Shown: in pieces, positions 1 to 6,483 of the stretch | Layout: every line of letters starts with the position of its first letter | How positions within the stretch are numbered: position 1 is the first letter of the stretch | From: an uncultured Candidatus Saccharibacteria bacterium | GTDB taxonomy: Bacteria > Patescibacteriota > Saccharimonadia > CAILAD01 > JADZBC01 | Reading direction: 5' to 3' | DNA: 21,302 nt | Assembly (NCBI GenBank): GCA_964573585.1 | Contig: CAZNJX010000005.1 | Location: 1 to 21,302, forward strand | Program-made: the position numbers and the translations under genes | The notes under the pieces: model-generated | Database searches by the model: none | Told to the model about the DNA's origin: nothing | Seen by the model: the letters and a program-made list of their open reading frames with translations, nothing else

Positions 1-552
1 CAGCTGGTAGAGATCAGTTGGAAGCTTGCTTAAGCCAAATAACACATCGTCAATGGCAGGCGAGCGTTTGGGCAGCCTTAGGTGAATTACCAGTGTGTCC
101 GCCTTTTGACGATAGCTGACGCTCAGCTGTGTAACACGCAACTCGCCACCAAGCGCACCAAGCACGAGGCAGAGGCCGTCAAAGGCCGACTCCCCTGCAA
201 CACAAGCCAGCGGCACTGTGTGTTGCCTTGGTGAGCTCATCCGCAAACCACTCGCTATGCTGGCCCGCGCCACTATATCGTCAATATGGGCTGTTTGCGC
301 CTTGCTCGTAGTACTGCGTTCGAGTTGTTTATGAAGCGCCACCACGCTACCGAGGACCTGCTGAGCACAACTCGCTGCCACTTGAGCGCTATGGCGCAGT
401 TCCTCTTGGCGGTCCTGAAACGACGCCTCAGCCAACAAATCAAGGTAGCCAGCCACAGCCGTAAGCGGACTCTGCAAATAATGCGACGTCCAGTGCAAAA
501 AAGCCGCCATAGAAGCAGTCGTGCTTAGTTGTGGTCTCACCCTCTTCTTCAT
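1..552 (-). CDS. Sensor histidine kinase-like protein, partial (C-terminus lies beyond window start). Start either ATG at 552 or in-frame ATG at 510.
   Basis: Open minus-strand frame from 552 to position 1 with no stops (my translation, not in ORF track because truncated). N-terminal segment SHYLQSPLTAVAGYLDLL matches the HisKA H-box consensus (sHELRTPLtaI.gy.elL). Start choice uncertain, no clear SD. Confidence 0.5.
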   Translation of the reverse strand, partial: MKKRVRPQLSTTASMAAFLHWTSHYLQSPLTAVAGYLDLLAEASFQDRQEELRHSAQVAASCAQQVLGSVVALHKQLERSTTSKAQTAHIDDIVARASIASGLRMSSPRQHTVPLACVAGESAFDGLCLVLGALGGELRVTQLSVSYRQKADTLVIHLRLPKRSPAIDDVLFGLSKLPTDLYQL

Positions 553-618
553 GTCTCTACGCTACGTGCTTTTGAGCCTGCCCGCAAGCATAAGCGCAAA
601 GAGAATTAAGCTTAGGCC

Positions 619-1386
619 TTACGGTACAAGCTTGGCAGTCTGCAGCATCTGTGCATATGCGTCGCTGTAGAGCTTATTGCTATCGGTTTGAATCAACATT
701 GTCTTATCGCGCAGTGGCACAATGGTGACCGTACCAACCGCTTCTTTGCTTTTTTCGTTAATCTTGCCGACGTACTGCACGCCCTTAATCCCCGACACGG
801 TTACGTCACTACGCTTTGAGCCGTTATTCTTCATATCGTTGTCGTAGCTCTTCTTGGTTGTCTCGTAGGGAGTATTAATCAAGGTAAAGCGCAGGGCTTG
901 CTCGGGTGAGGTCAGGGTAACAAAGCCAGGGTTAACAAAGCCGTCAACCGGCGTAGACGAGGTTGAATCAACCGACAAGCTCCAAGCCTTAGGAAAGCTT
1001 AGTTGGAAGCCGCCGTTAATAGTCGGTGCCTCGTAGGTGCGCGTGCTACTGGTTAGCTCCTTGTTAAAGGCTACGGTGTCATCTTCCTTCTGTTGCTTCT
1101 TGCCAGCCTCCAGGCCGTTGTTGTACTGCGAACTCGACTCAGCAGCTAGCTTTGATGACTTAGTCGCAAACACCAGCGTGGTAACGAGCAGAATAACCGC
1201 CAACGCACCCACGGCAACGGTGATGATCTGAAACAATTTAAGCTGCGAAGCCGCAGCGCCAGTCGAACGTTCAACTGGCATTGGCGGCATATCGAGCGGA
1301 TCCAGCCCAGCAGCGGGGTTGCTTATCGCAGGTTGGCTTTGGGGAGCGCTCGGCGCTTGGGTTTCTGGGCTATCTTGTGGAGGCAT
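619..1386 (-). CDS. Membrane-anchored hypothetical protein (Pro/Gln-rich N-terminus, one TM helix, Ser/Thr-rich extracytoplasmic domain)
   Basis: 255-aa ORF. Hydrophobic stretch IITVAVGALAVILLVTTLVFA. 10-nt gap to upstream peroxiredoxin gene suggests co-transcription. Confidence 0.7.
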   Translation of the reverse strand: MPPQDSPETQAPSAPQSQPAISNPAAGLDPLDMPPMPVERSTGAAASQLKLFQIITVAVGALAVILLVTTLVFATKSSKLAAESSSQYNNGLEAGKKQQKEDDTVAFNKELTSSTRTYEAPTINGGFQLSFPKAWSLSVDSTSSTPVDGFVNPGFVTLTSPEQALRFTLINTPYETTKKSYDNDMKNNGSKRSDVTVSGIKGVQYVGKINEKSKEAVGTVTIVPLRDKTMLIQTDSNKLYSDAYAQMLQTAKLVP

Positions 1387-1396
1387 TGCGACTCAA

Positions 1397-1918
1397 CTAT
1401 CCCTTCAGGGTTGCCTGACCAGGCTCCCAGTCAATTGGGCAAAGCCCACCAGTCTGCAAGGCCTTAACTACCCGTAGAGTTTCCTCAACACTTCGGCCAA
1501 CATTCCCATCAGAGAGCACTACATAGCGCAAGTCGCCTTCAGGATCAATGATAAAGGTACCGCGCTCGGCCGTGCCGTCGTTTTCGTTCAGAACCTCGTA
1601 ATCACGGGCCAAGCTGTGCGTCGTATCAGCTAGAACGGGGAACTTTACTTCCGCCAGATCACGCTCGAACCAAGCCTTGTGTGAGTGCACACTATCGGTT
1701 GAGGCCGCTAGAATAACCGTGTCAGCCTTAGCAAACTCTGCCTCGGCCTTAGCAAAGCCGCGGATCTCAGTTGGGCATACAAACGTAAAGTCACGTGGGT
1801 AAAAGAACAGTATAACCCACTTACCCTTGTAGTCTTTTAAACTAACTTCGGTAAAGTCCTTACCGGCCACGTATGCTGGCTGGGTAAAGTCTGGTGCTGG
1901 TTGATTGAGTTTTAACAT
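1397..1918 (-). CDS. Peroxiredoxin, typical 2-Cys (AhpC/TSA/Prx1 family)
   Basis: Motif FTFVCPTE (peroxidatic Cys) in a 173-aa thioredoxin-fold ORF. SD AAGGAG 7-8 nt upstream (aaaacaaggagacaagacATG). Confidence 0.9.
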   Translation of the reverse strand: MLKLNQPAPDFTQPAYVAGKDFTEVSLKDYKGKWVILFFYPRDFTFVCPTEIRGFAKAEAEFAKADTVILAASTDSVHSHKAWFERDLAEVKFPVLADTTHSLARDYEVLNENDGTAERGTFIIDPEGDLRYVVLSDGNVGRSVEETLRVVKALQTGGLCPIDWEPGQATLKG

Positions 1919-1942
1919 GTCTTGTCTCCTTGTTTTAATGTA

Positions 1943-2545
1943 TTATACTTCGTGATGCGCTACGCGCTTACTGACTTCCGACCAGTCAATCGCCGCCATG
2001 AACTGCTCGATGTAGTCCTTACGGGCAGTGCCGTAATCGATGAAGTAGGCGTGCTCGTAAACGTCCATAACCAGTGCAATCTCGGTGTCTACGATACTCC
2101 CCTGATTATGCGCGTCAAAAACATAATTGTCGAACCGGCCCAGAGCGTAATCATAGGCCAGTACGACCCAGCCACGCGCGGCAATACCTAGGGCAGCAAA
2201 CTGCTCTTGCCAAGCCTCAAAGCTCCCCCACTGTTTGGCCAGCAAGTCCTTCACCTTGCCTTCAACTGGCCGTGGTCTGTCGGTAAGATTAGCAAAGTAA
2301 AGCTCGTGCAGCTTAATGCCATTGAGCGCAAACGACTTCTCGACCATCAGCTCGCGCACATCGGAATACGTCGCATTGGCACTAGCCAGGTCAACACTCG
2401 CGAGCTTCTCCATGATCTCGTTATACTTTTTGACATAGCCAGCGTAGAGCACATCGTGGTGCTCGGCCAGCTGGCGCTCGCTTAGGCCGGGCACACTGGT
2501 ATATGTAAGTGGCTGCGGTTCTTTGGGGGTAAACTGATACGTCAT
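1943..2545 (-). CDS. sod: Fe/Mn-family superoxide dismutase
   Basis: 200 aa. C-terminal metal-ligand block DVYEHAYFIDYG (D-x-W/Y-E-H-A-Y-Y signature). SD GGAGG 5 nt upstream. Metal specificity not resolvable by eye. Confidence 0.9.
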   Translation of the reverse strand: MTYQFTPKEPQPLTYTSVPGLSERQLAEHHDVLYAGYVKKYNEIMEKLASVDLASANATYSDVRELMVEKSFALNGIKLHELYFANLTDRPRPVEGKVKDLLAKQWGSFEAWQEQFAALGIAARGWVVLAYDYALGRFDNYVFDAHNQGSIVDTEIALVMDVYEHAYFIDYGTARKDYIEQFMAAIDWSEVSKRVAHHEV

Positions 2546-2568
2546 AAGCCTCCGTTTCTCTTACTTCT

Positions 2569-2597
2569 ATTGTACAAATTTTAGCCTCTCAGGTCAA
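2569..2597 (-). promoter_or_regulatory. sigma70-type promoter for sod (minus strand TTGACC-17-TACAAT)
   Basis: Read on minus strand: ttgacc tgagaggctaaaatttg tacaat, about 25 nt upstream of sod ATG. Confidence 0.5.
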
Positions 2598-3076
2598 AGC
2601 TCGTAGACATAAGCGTTGTGGGTTTTATGCGTCTGTTTGAGACCACTAAACTCAAATACGTACGACACTACACGCGTGCCCGAGGTGCCATCGGCCTTAA
2701 GTTTGCGCTCCATCTTGTCCATCCACTTGGTGTGCAGATACAAAAACACAACGTCAGCTTGGGCAATGTCTGCGCGCCACATTGAGCGCAAATAGACCTT
2801 AGCCTGCCCGCGGTAAGCCCGTAAGCGCCACAGACTCAGTAGCCATAGGATTGGATTAATCTCATAGCCCGTCACCTGAGCGCCCCGTTTGGCAGCGGCA
2901 AGCAAGACCTTACCATCGCCACTGCCCAAATCAACAAACCGACTCCCCTCACCGACCTTACTTATGTTTAAAAGCCGATCCAAGTCACGACCAAACGCCG
3001 GCACGTAGGGCGCACCAAAGAACACGGCGTACAAGAAGCCGCTCAGCACCACCATCACCAGCCAGAACCATGTCAC
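2594..3076 (-). CDS. Class I SAM-dependent methyltransferase with N-terminal TM helix
   Basis: Motif I VDLGSGDG, then YEINP. Hydrophobic N-terminus WFWLVMVVLSGFLYAVFF. Confidence 0.65.
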   Translation of the reverse strand: MTWFWLVMVVLSGFLYAVFFGAPYVPAFGRDLDRLLNISKVGEGSRFVDLGSGDGKVLLAAAKRGAQVTGYEINPILWLLSLWRLRAYRGQAKVYLRSMWRADIAQADVVFLYLHTKWMDKMERKLKADGTSGTRVVSYVFEFSGLKQTHKTHNAYVYEL

Positions 3077-3089
3077 CCCTTACTCTACC

Positions 3090-3554
3090 CTACTTGTTAG
3101 CAGTCAGCCAGTTGCGCACATCTTCGACTTGGTGCAGGGGCTTAACCTTTGGCCACACCGCCAGCACGCGCACGTCAGGACCAATCAAGAAGCTTGAGCG
3201 CGTAATCACCATATACTTTTTGCCAAACATCGACTTTTCGCCAAAGGCACCAAACGCCTGCGTCATAGTCTTGTCTTCGTCAGCCAGGATGGTAAATGGT
3301 AGCTTGAACCTATCGGCAAAACCACGGTGGCTCTTTACGCTATCAGCGCTCACGCCAATTACCGTCACGCCGTCCGCCTTGAGTTCTTCTAAGTTATCGC
3401 GCAGTGCACAAGCCTGTGCTGTGCAACCCGGTGTGTTGTCCTTGGGGTAAAAATAAATGAGTGTGGTCTTGCCTTTAAGCTCAGCCTCGCTGTGCTCATT
3501 ACCGTCCTGATCACGGAGCTTATAGCTCGGTACCTTGTCGCCTACTTGTAACAT
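3090..3554 (-). CDS. bcp: Thioredoxin-dependent peroxiredoxin Bcp
   Basis: 154 aa, YFYPKDNTPGCTAQAC (Bcp/PrxQ active site with resolving Cys 5 residues later). RBS context aaaacgaggagacaagtATG almost identical to that of the 2-Cys Prx gene. Confidence 0.85.
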   Translation of the reverse strand: MLQVGDKVPSYKLRDQDGNEHSEAELKGKTTLIYFYPKDNTPGCTAQACALRDNLEELKADGVTVIGVSADSVKSHRGFADRFKLPFTILADEDKTMTQAFGAFGEKSMFGKKYMVITRSSFLIGPDVRVLAVWPKVKPLHQVEDVRNWLTANK

Positions 3555-3574
3555 ACTTGTCTCCTCGTTTTAAT

Positions 3575-4291
3575 CTACATCTTCACGTAGCGCTGCCAGT
3601 AGTCATAGAGCTTGGCTGTCGCCTTAATATCATCCATATTATACTTGGCTATCTCAAAGTAGCGGCCATCACGGTAAGCCTGTGGCACCTCGGCTCCGCT
3701 CATAGTCTCGCTCTTGGGGCTGGTAATGTTAAACGCCCTGCACCAGGCATGCAAGCTACCCTTGTACAAGCCAGTGCCATAAAAGTTCAAAAGCTCCGCC
3801 AAATCATAGTGAATTGCACCTGGTTGATGCGACGAATTATAGCGATTGCTTATGAGGTCCTTACTAGGCTTAATGCCGTTAATAGCCGAGCGAATCGCCA
3901 GGTATGGAGCGTCGCTACGACGACCAAAGAAGCTCACAAACTCATCGGTAATTTCTGCTAAAGCCCAGAACTTTACCAACATCTCGACTTCGGTCATAGC
4001 GGCGTACTTTATACCGTCCTCTTCACGATCTTCGGGGCTAGTATCGGCCGCGTCATAGTAGACAGCGCCCTTGTCCTCGGCTGGGTCATACACCCCAATG
4101 GCGATAATGCGGCTCAGGAGTGGCGAAAAGCTCATCTTGCGCTCAATCTCATTCATCTCTTTGGCATAGCCAACCGGATCGAGCTCTTTGTTGGGCAGGT
4201 TCCTACCCAAATCCTTTTGCGTCATCAGGTCAAGATCTTCATACTTTTCGGTAACAAATTCTAGGTCAAATACGAGTTGTTTCTTTTGCAT
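3575..4291 (-). CDS. RNase H-like 3'-5' exonuclease related to the family-B DNA polymerase exonuclease domain
   Basis: Exo I FDLEF (D-x-E), Exo II-like FFGRRSDAPYL, Exo III-like YNMDD. The ORF-track version (to 4435) runs into the tRNA-Gln gene and its promoter. I place the start at ATG 4291 (MQKKQLVFDLEF) so the DEDD motif sits at the N-terminus as in this family. Confidence 0.6.
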   Translation of the reverse strand: MQKKQLVFDLEFVTEKYEDLDLMTQKDLGRNLPNKELDPVGYAKEMNEIERKMSFSPLLSRIIAIGVYDPAEDKGAVYYDAADTSPEDREEDGIKYAAMTEVEMLVKFWALAEITDEFVSFFGRRSDAPYLAIRSAINGIKPSKDLISNRYNSSHQPGAIHYDLAELLNFYGTGLYKGSLHAWCRAFNITSPKSETMSGAEVPQAYRDGRYFEIAKYNMDDIKATAKLYDYWQRYVKM

Positions 4292-4297
4292 TAGTTC

Positions 4298-4303
4298 ATT
4301 ATA
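4298..4303 (-). promoter_or_regulatory. Candidate -10 (TATAAT) 6 nt upstream of ATG 4291, possible leaderless mRNA
   Basis: Minus strand reads ggTATAATgaactaATG. No convincing -35 and no SD, so a leaderless transcript is plausible. Confidence 0.3.
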
Positions 4304-4337
4304 CCTTATTTGCGACGTGTGTGCTCGCGGACCCAGG

Positions 4338-4366
4338 TTGAAAACCAACCCGTTTTCAGCTAAGAT
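4338..4366 (+). promoter_or_regulatory. Candidate tRNA-Gln promoter TTGAAA-17-TAAGAT
   Basis: ttgaaa accaacccgttttcagc taagat, ending about 25 nt upstream of the tRNA 5' end. Confidence 0.35.
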
Positions 4367-4390
4367 TGTTCTGTTATTCTCGTTCGATAC

Positions 4391-4465
4391 TGGGGCGTCG
4401 CCAAGTGGTAAGGCACCGGCTTTTGGTGCCGGCATTCGGGGGTTCGAATCCCTCCGCCCCAGCCA
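4391..4465 (+). tRNA. tRNA-Gln (anticodon UUG), CCA encoded
   Basis: Manual cloverleaf: acceptor UGGGGCG/CGCCCCA with U1-A72 and G73 (bacterial tRNA-Gln identity elements). D-arm GCC-AAGUGGUAA-GGC. Anticodon stem CCGGC/GCCGG with loop UUUUGGU (anticodon UUG). V-loop CAUUC. T-arm GGGGG-UUCGAAU-CCCUC. 3' CCA. Confidence 0.85.
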
Positions 4466-4497
4466 AGCATTTATACTAAATTAGTCCAACAGGTTAA

Positions 4498-4525
4498 AGA
4501 GCCCACTCGGAAGTGAGTGGGCTCT
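4498..4525. terminator. Hairpin agagcccactc-ggaagt-gagtgggctct downstream of tRNA-Gln, usable as terminator from either strand
   Basis: 11-bp perfect stem. On the minus strand it is followed by a U-rich run (uuuaaccuguugg). A degenerate copy occurs at 8035..8057. Confidence 0.5.
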
Positions 4526-4534
4526 CTGCGTAAA

Positions 4535-4590
4535 GTGATAATAACGTACTGCACCCCGGGACAAGTCCCGGGGGTGCGAATTGGTTAAGG
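4535..4590 (-). repeat. 3' element A, variant copy 0: GTGATAATAACG + GC hairpin gcaccccggga-caag-tcccgggggtgc
   Basis: Shares the 12-mer gtgataataacg with copies at 6372 and 8777. Hairpin sequence differs but position and tail are conserved, so on the gene strand it reads hairpin + aguaCGUUAUUAUCAC. Confidence 0.6.
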
Positions 4591-4639
4591 ACCCCATCGT
4601 CTGTGACGGTCGGCCGATGCGGGCCTTGCCGTCTTCGGC

Positions 4640-5665
4640 TCAGCGCTGGCGGTGATGCCAGCGATCCCTGCGGCGGCGGCCGATCATCTTCTGGAGTTCA
4701 GGCACTGAGTAGGTGCCCTCCTCCGGCTCGATACCATCCTTGGCAACCAGCGTCTTCACCATGATGCTCCCGTCGCGGTAGGCGGCGGCGGTGAAGGTGT
4801 ACTTCGTGCCGCCCTTGGCGACCACGAAGGGTTCTTCGATCTCCCCGAAGGAAGTCTGGAACATCGTGACGCCGCGAGCGACGTTGGCCGAGCGGGTCTC
4901 CGGCCCCTGGGTGGTGTGCCGCAGAGGGAAGTCCGAATCCGAGCAGTGCTTGCCAGTGCTGTAGCGCTTAACGTACGCGTCAAGCTTAGGCAGGTCGATG
5001 TGACCCCAATCCATGCCATAAGCCCCGATCGGGATGCCGTCGAGCATGTCTCGGATGCCGAGCTGGGCAAAGAGGGCACCGAGACTCTCTTCTGCAGGCA
5101 TGAGAGTATCGATGAACTCCTCATGCGCCTTGTGGGCCGCCGACTCGGCTTCCTGCTTGGCGATGAGCTCGTCGATAATCGGATGCGGAGAAATCTTGCC
5201 TTCCGCAACCAAACCCTTCAACTCGTGCACCGACACCTTGATGTCGCGATCGCGGACGATCGTCAGCATCGCCTCCAGCTCCTCGCTGGCCGGCACCGCG
5301 GCAAGGATCCCGGCACGGAGCGCGTCGAACGCCGCGCGGTCTCCGAACTCAGCCGCGAGCTCGTCGATGTGACGTTGGTCGCTCTGATGCGGATGTTCAG
5401 ATGCCGCGTACCAGCAGGCACACAGTGTACCGCTATTGATCTGCGGGGTGTGCTCCAGCAACTTCATGGCACGCCACGACTGGATGAGCATGTGCGGCAT
5501 CACGAGGCCCCAGATGGACCCACTGCCCTCGCTCGAGAGTTGATAGCCGACTCCGAATGAAGCGAACTCGCCTTCCCTGTCGGTTCCCGCAAACGGGATG
5601 ACCTCGTGCTCCTGGCCATCGATGACCTTGGTGCACGGATTTCCTTGGGCGACCAGAACGGTCAT
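4640..5665 (-). CDS. Hypothetical protein, about 65% GC (cargo 1). Weak suspicion of a DinB/MDMPI-like N-terminal domain (His-rich PHML...HTP...HPH).
   Basis: ORF-track ORF trimmed to the ATG at 5665, which lies 5 nt downstream of the conserved GAAAGGGG SD of leader L1. C-terminus ends in an Arg-rich tail GRRRRDRWHHRQR. No family recognised by eye. Confidence 0.7.
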   Translation of the reverse strand: MTVLVAQGNPCTKVIDGQEHEVIPFAGTDREGEFASFGVGYQLSSEGSGSIWGLVMPHMLIQSWRAMKLLEHTPQINSGTLCACWYAASEHPHQSDQRHIDELAAEFGDRAAFDALRAGILAAVPASEELEAMLTIVRDRDIKVSVHELKGLVAEGKISPHPIIDELIAKQEAESAAHKAHEEFIDTLMPAEESLGALFAQLGIRDMLDGIPIGAYGMDWGHIDLPKLDAYVKRYSTGKHCSDSDFPLRHTTQGPETRSANVARGVTMFQTSFGEIEEPFVVAKGGTKYTFTAAAYRDGSIMVKTLVAKDGIEPEEGTYSVPELQKMIGRRRRDRWHHRQR

Positions 5666-5707
5666 GTTGCACCCCTTTCTAAGGGCTCTTGTATCTAATA
5701 TTTCAAG
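5666..5707 (-). promoter_or_regulatory. Conserved 5' leader L1 (CTTGAAAT-N16-CCCTTAGAAAGGGG-N5-ATG)
   Basis: Homologous to leaders at 7813..7855 and 11504..11544. SD-like AAAGGGG sits 5 nt before the ATG in all three. Confidence 0.7.
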
Positions 5708-5753
5708 ATTGCAAATCGGGTAGTTTTGGAACTCCACCGAAAAGACAAATAAT

Positions 5754-5782
5754 ATTATACTACTTTTATGACATTCATGCAA
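5754..5782 (-). promoter_or_regulatory. sigma70-type promoter P1 (minus strand TTGCAT-17-TATAAT)
   Basis: Read on minus strand: ttgcat gaatgtcataaaagtag tataat. Positionally homologous promoters occur in modules 2 and 3. Confidence 0.6.
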
Positions 5783-5825
5783 GATAAAGATGCCCCAGAG
5801 CCCGCCATGCCCCACTTTGAGGCCA

Positions 5826-5862
5826 ATCGCAATCTAGACCACAGCGCTCAGCCAAGATAAAG
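5826..5862. repeat. Degenerate copy of the tRNA-Gln 3' end (cgctcagccaag vs cgccccagccaag)
   Basis: aatctagaccacagcgctcagccaagataaagcc aligns to the tRNA 3' end plus flank, and to the block at 7975..8000. Confidence 0.45.
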
Positions 5863-5904
5863 CCAAAGGTTACCCGAAAGGGTTCTTTTTGTTATAGTCT
5901 ATAT

Positions 5905-6300
5905 ATGAACAAATACAAAACCCTAGATGAATTCTTTGCAGACCAGTCAGAAGAGAAACGTATTCAAATAAAGATGCTTAGAAGGATTATCCTTGATGCA
6001 GAACCAGGTCTTATAGAGACTATCAAATGGAATGCACCGAATTATAGTTACAAAGGTGAGGACAGGCTTACATTCAACCTAGTGAATAAGCAAGGTCTAG
6101 TTAAGTTGGTTATACATATGGGGTCAGTAAAGAAAGAGAGTAAGAATACAAAGTCAGTCCTTGAAGAGGACGAAGGTATTGTTGAGTGGAATTCGAATAT
6201 CAGAGGTACTTTGAGTTTCGATGATATTGCAGATATTAAGAAAAAAGCTCAATTAGTTCAGAATGTCATTAAGAAGTGGCTCGCGATTAGTACTGAATAA
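5905..6300 (+). CDS. YdhG-like / DUF1801-family small protein, about 37% GC
   Basis: 131 aa. The segment TLDEFFADQSEEKRIQIKMLRRIILDAEPGLIETIKWNAPNY resembles the YdhG/DUF1801 N-terminal pattern. GC is much lower than both host and island cargo. Confidence 0.6.
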   Translation: MNKYKTLDEFFADQSEEKRIQIKMLRRIILDAEPGLIETIKWNAPNYSYKGEDRLTFNLVNKQGLVKLVIHMGSVKKESKNTKSVLEEDEGIVEWNSNIRGTLSFDDIADIKKKAQLVQNVIKKWLAISTE

Positions 6301-6331
6301 TCCAGATGCGACGCTCAGCCAATGTTCTTTC
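6296..6331. repeat. Second short degenerate tRNA-3'-end-like block (gacgctcagccaatg)
   Basis: tgaataatccagatgcgacgctcagccaatg vs tRNA cgaatccctccgccccagccaagc. Weaker than the other copies. Confidence 0.3.
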
Positions 6332-6371
6332 CAGTCTTAAGCCAATTATTTATAAACAGCTTCCGCAAAAA

Positions 6372-6477
6372 GTGATAATAACGAATTGGACCCCACGTTA
6401 CCGTGGGGTCCGAGATCTATGCCTCTGCTTGGTATGCCTTGGATCTCATTCCGGGCATGCAGCTGATGGGCTTGCTG
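6372..6477 (-). repeat. 3' element A copy 1 (106 bp): 3' UTR plus intrinsic-terminator-like hairpin ggaccccacg-ttac-cgtggggtcc and conserved tail
   Basis: About 95% identical to 8777..8880. Begins 6 nt after the stop codon of cargo 2. Contains an internal inverted repeat gagatc...gatctc enclosing a duplicated aggcata. Sharp homology boundary at gtgata. Confidence 0.8.
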
Positions 6478-6483
6478 TTCAGG

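Noticed and set aside
286-528. 80-aa plus-strand ORF
   Set aside because: It lies antisense within the open minus-strand histidine-kinase frame. It has no SD and a basic low-complexity product.
4292-4435. 5' extension of the exonuclease ORF up to 4435
   Set aside because: It would overlap the tRNA-Gln gene (4391..4465) and its promoter. The conserved DxE exonuclease motif starts right after the internal ATG at 4291, which has a TATAAT box 6 nt upstream.
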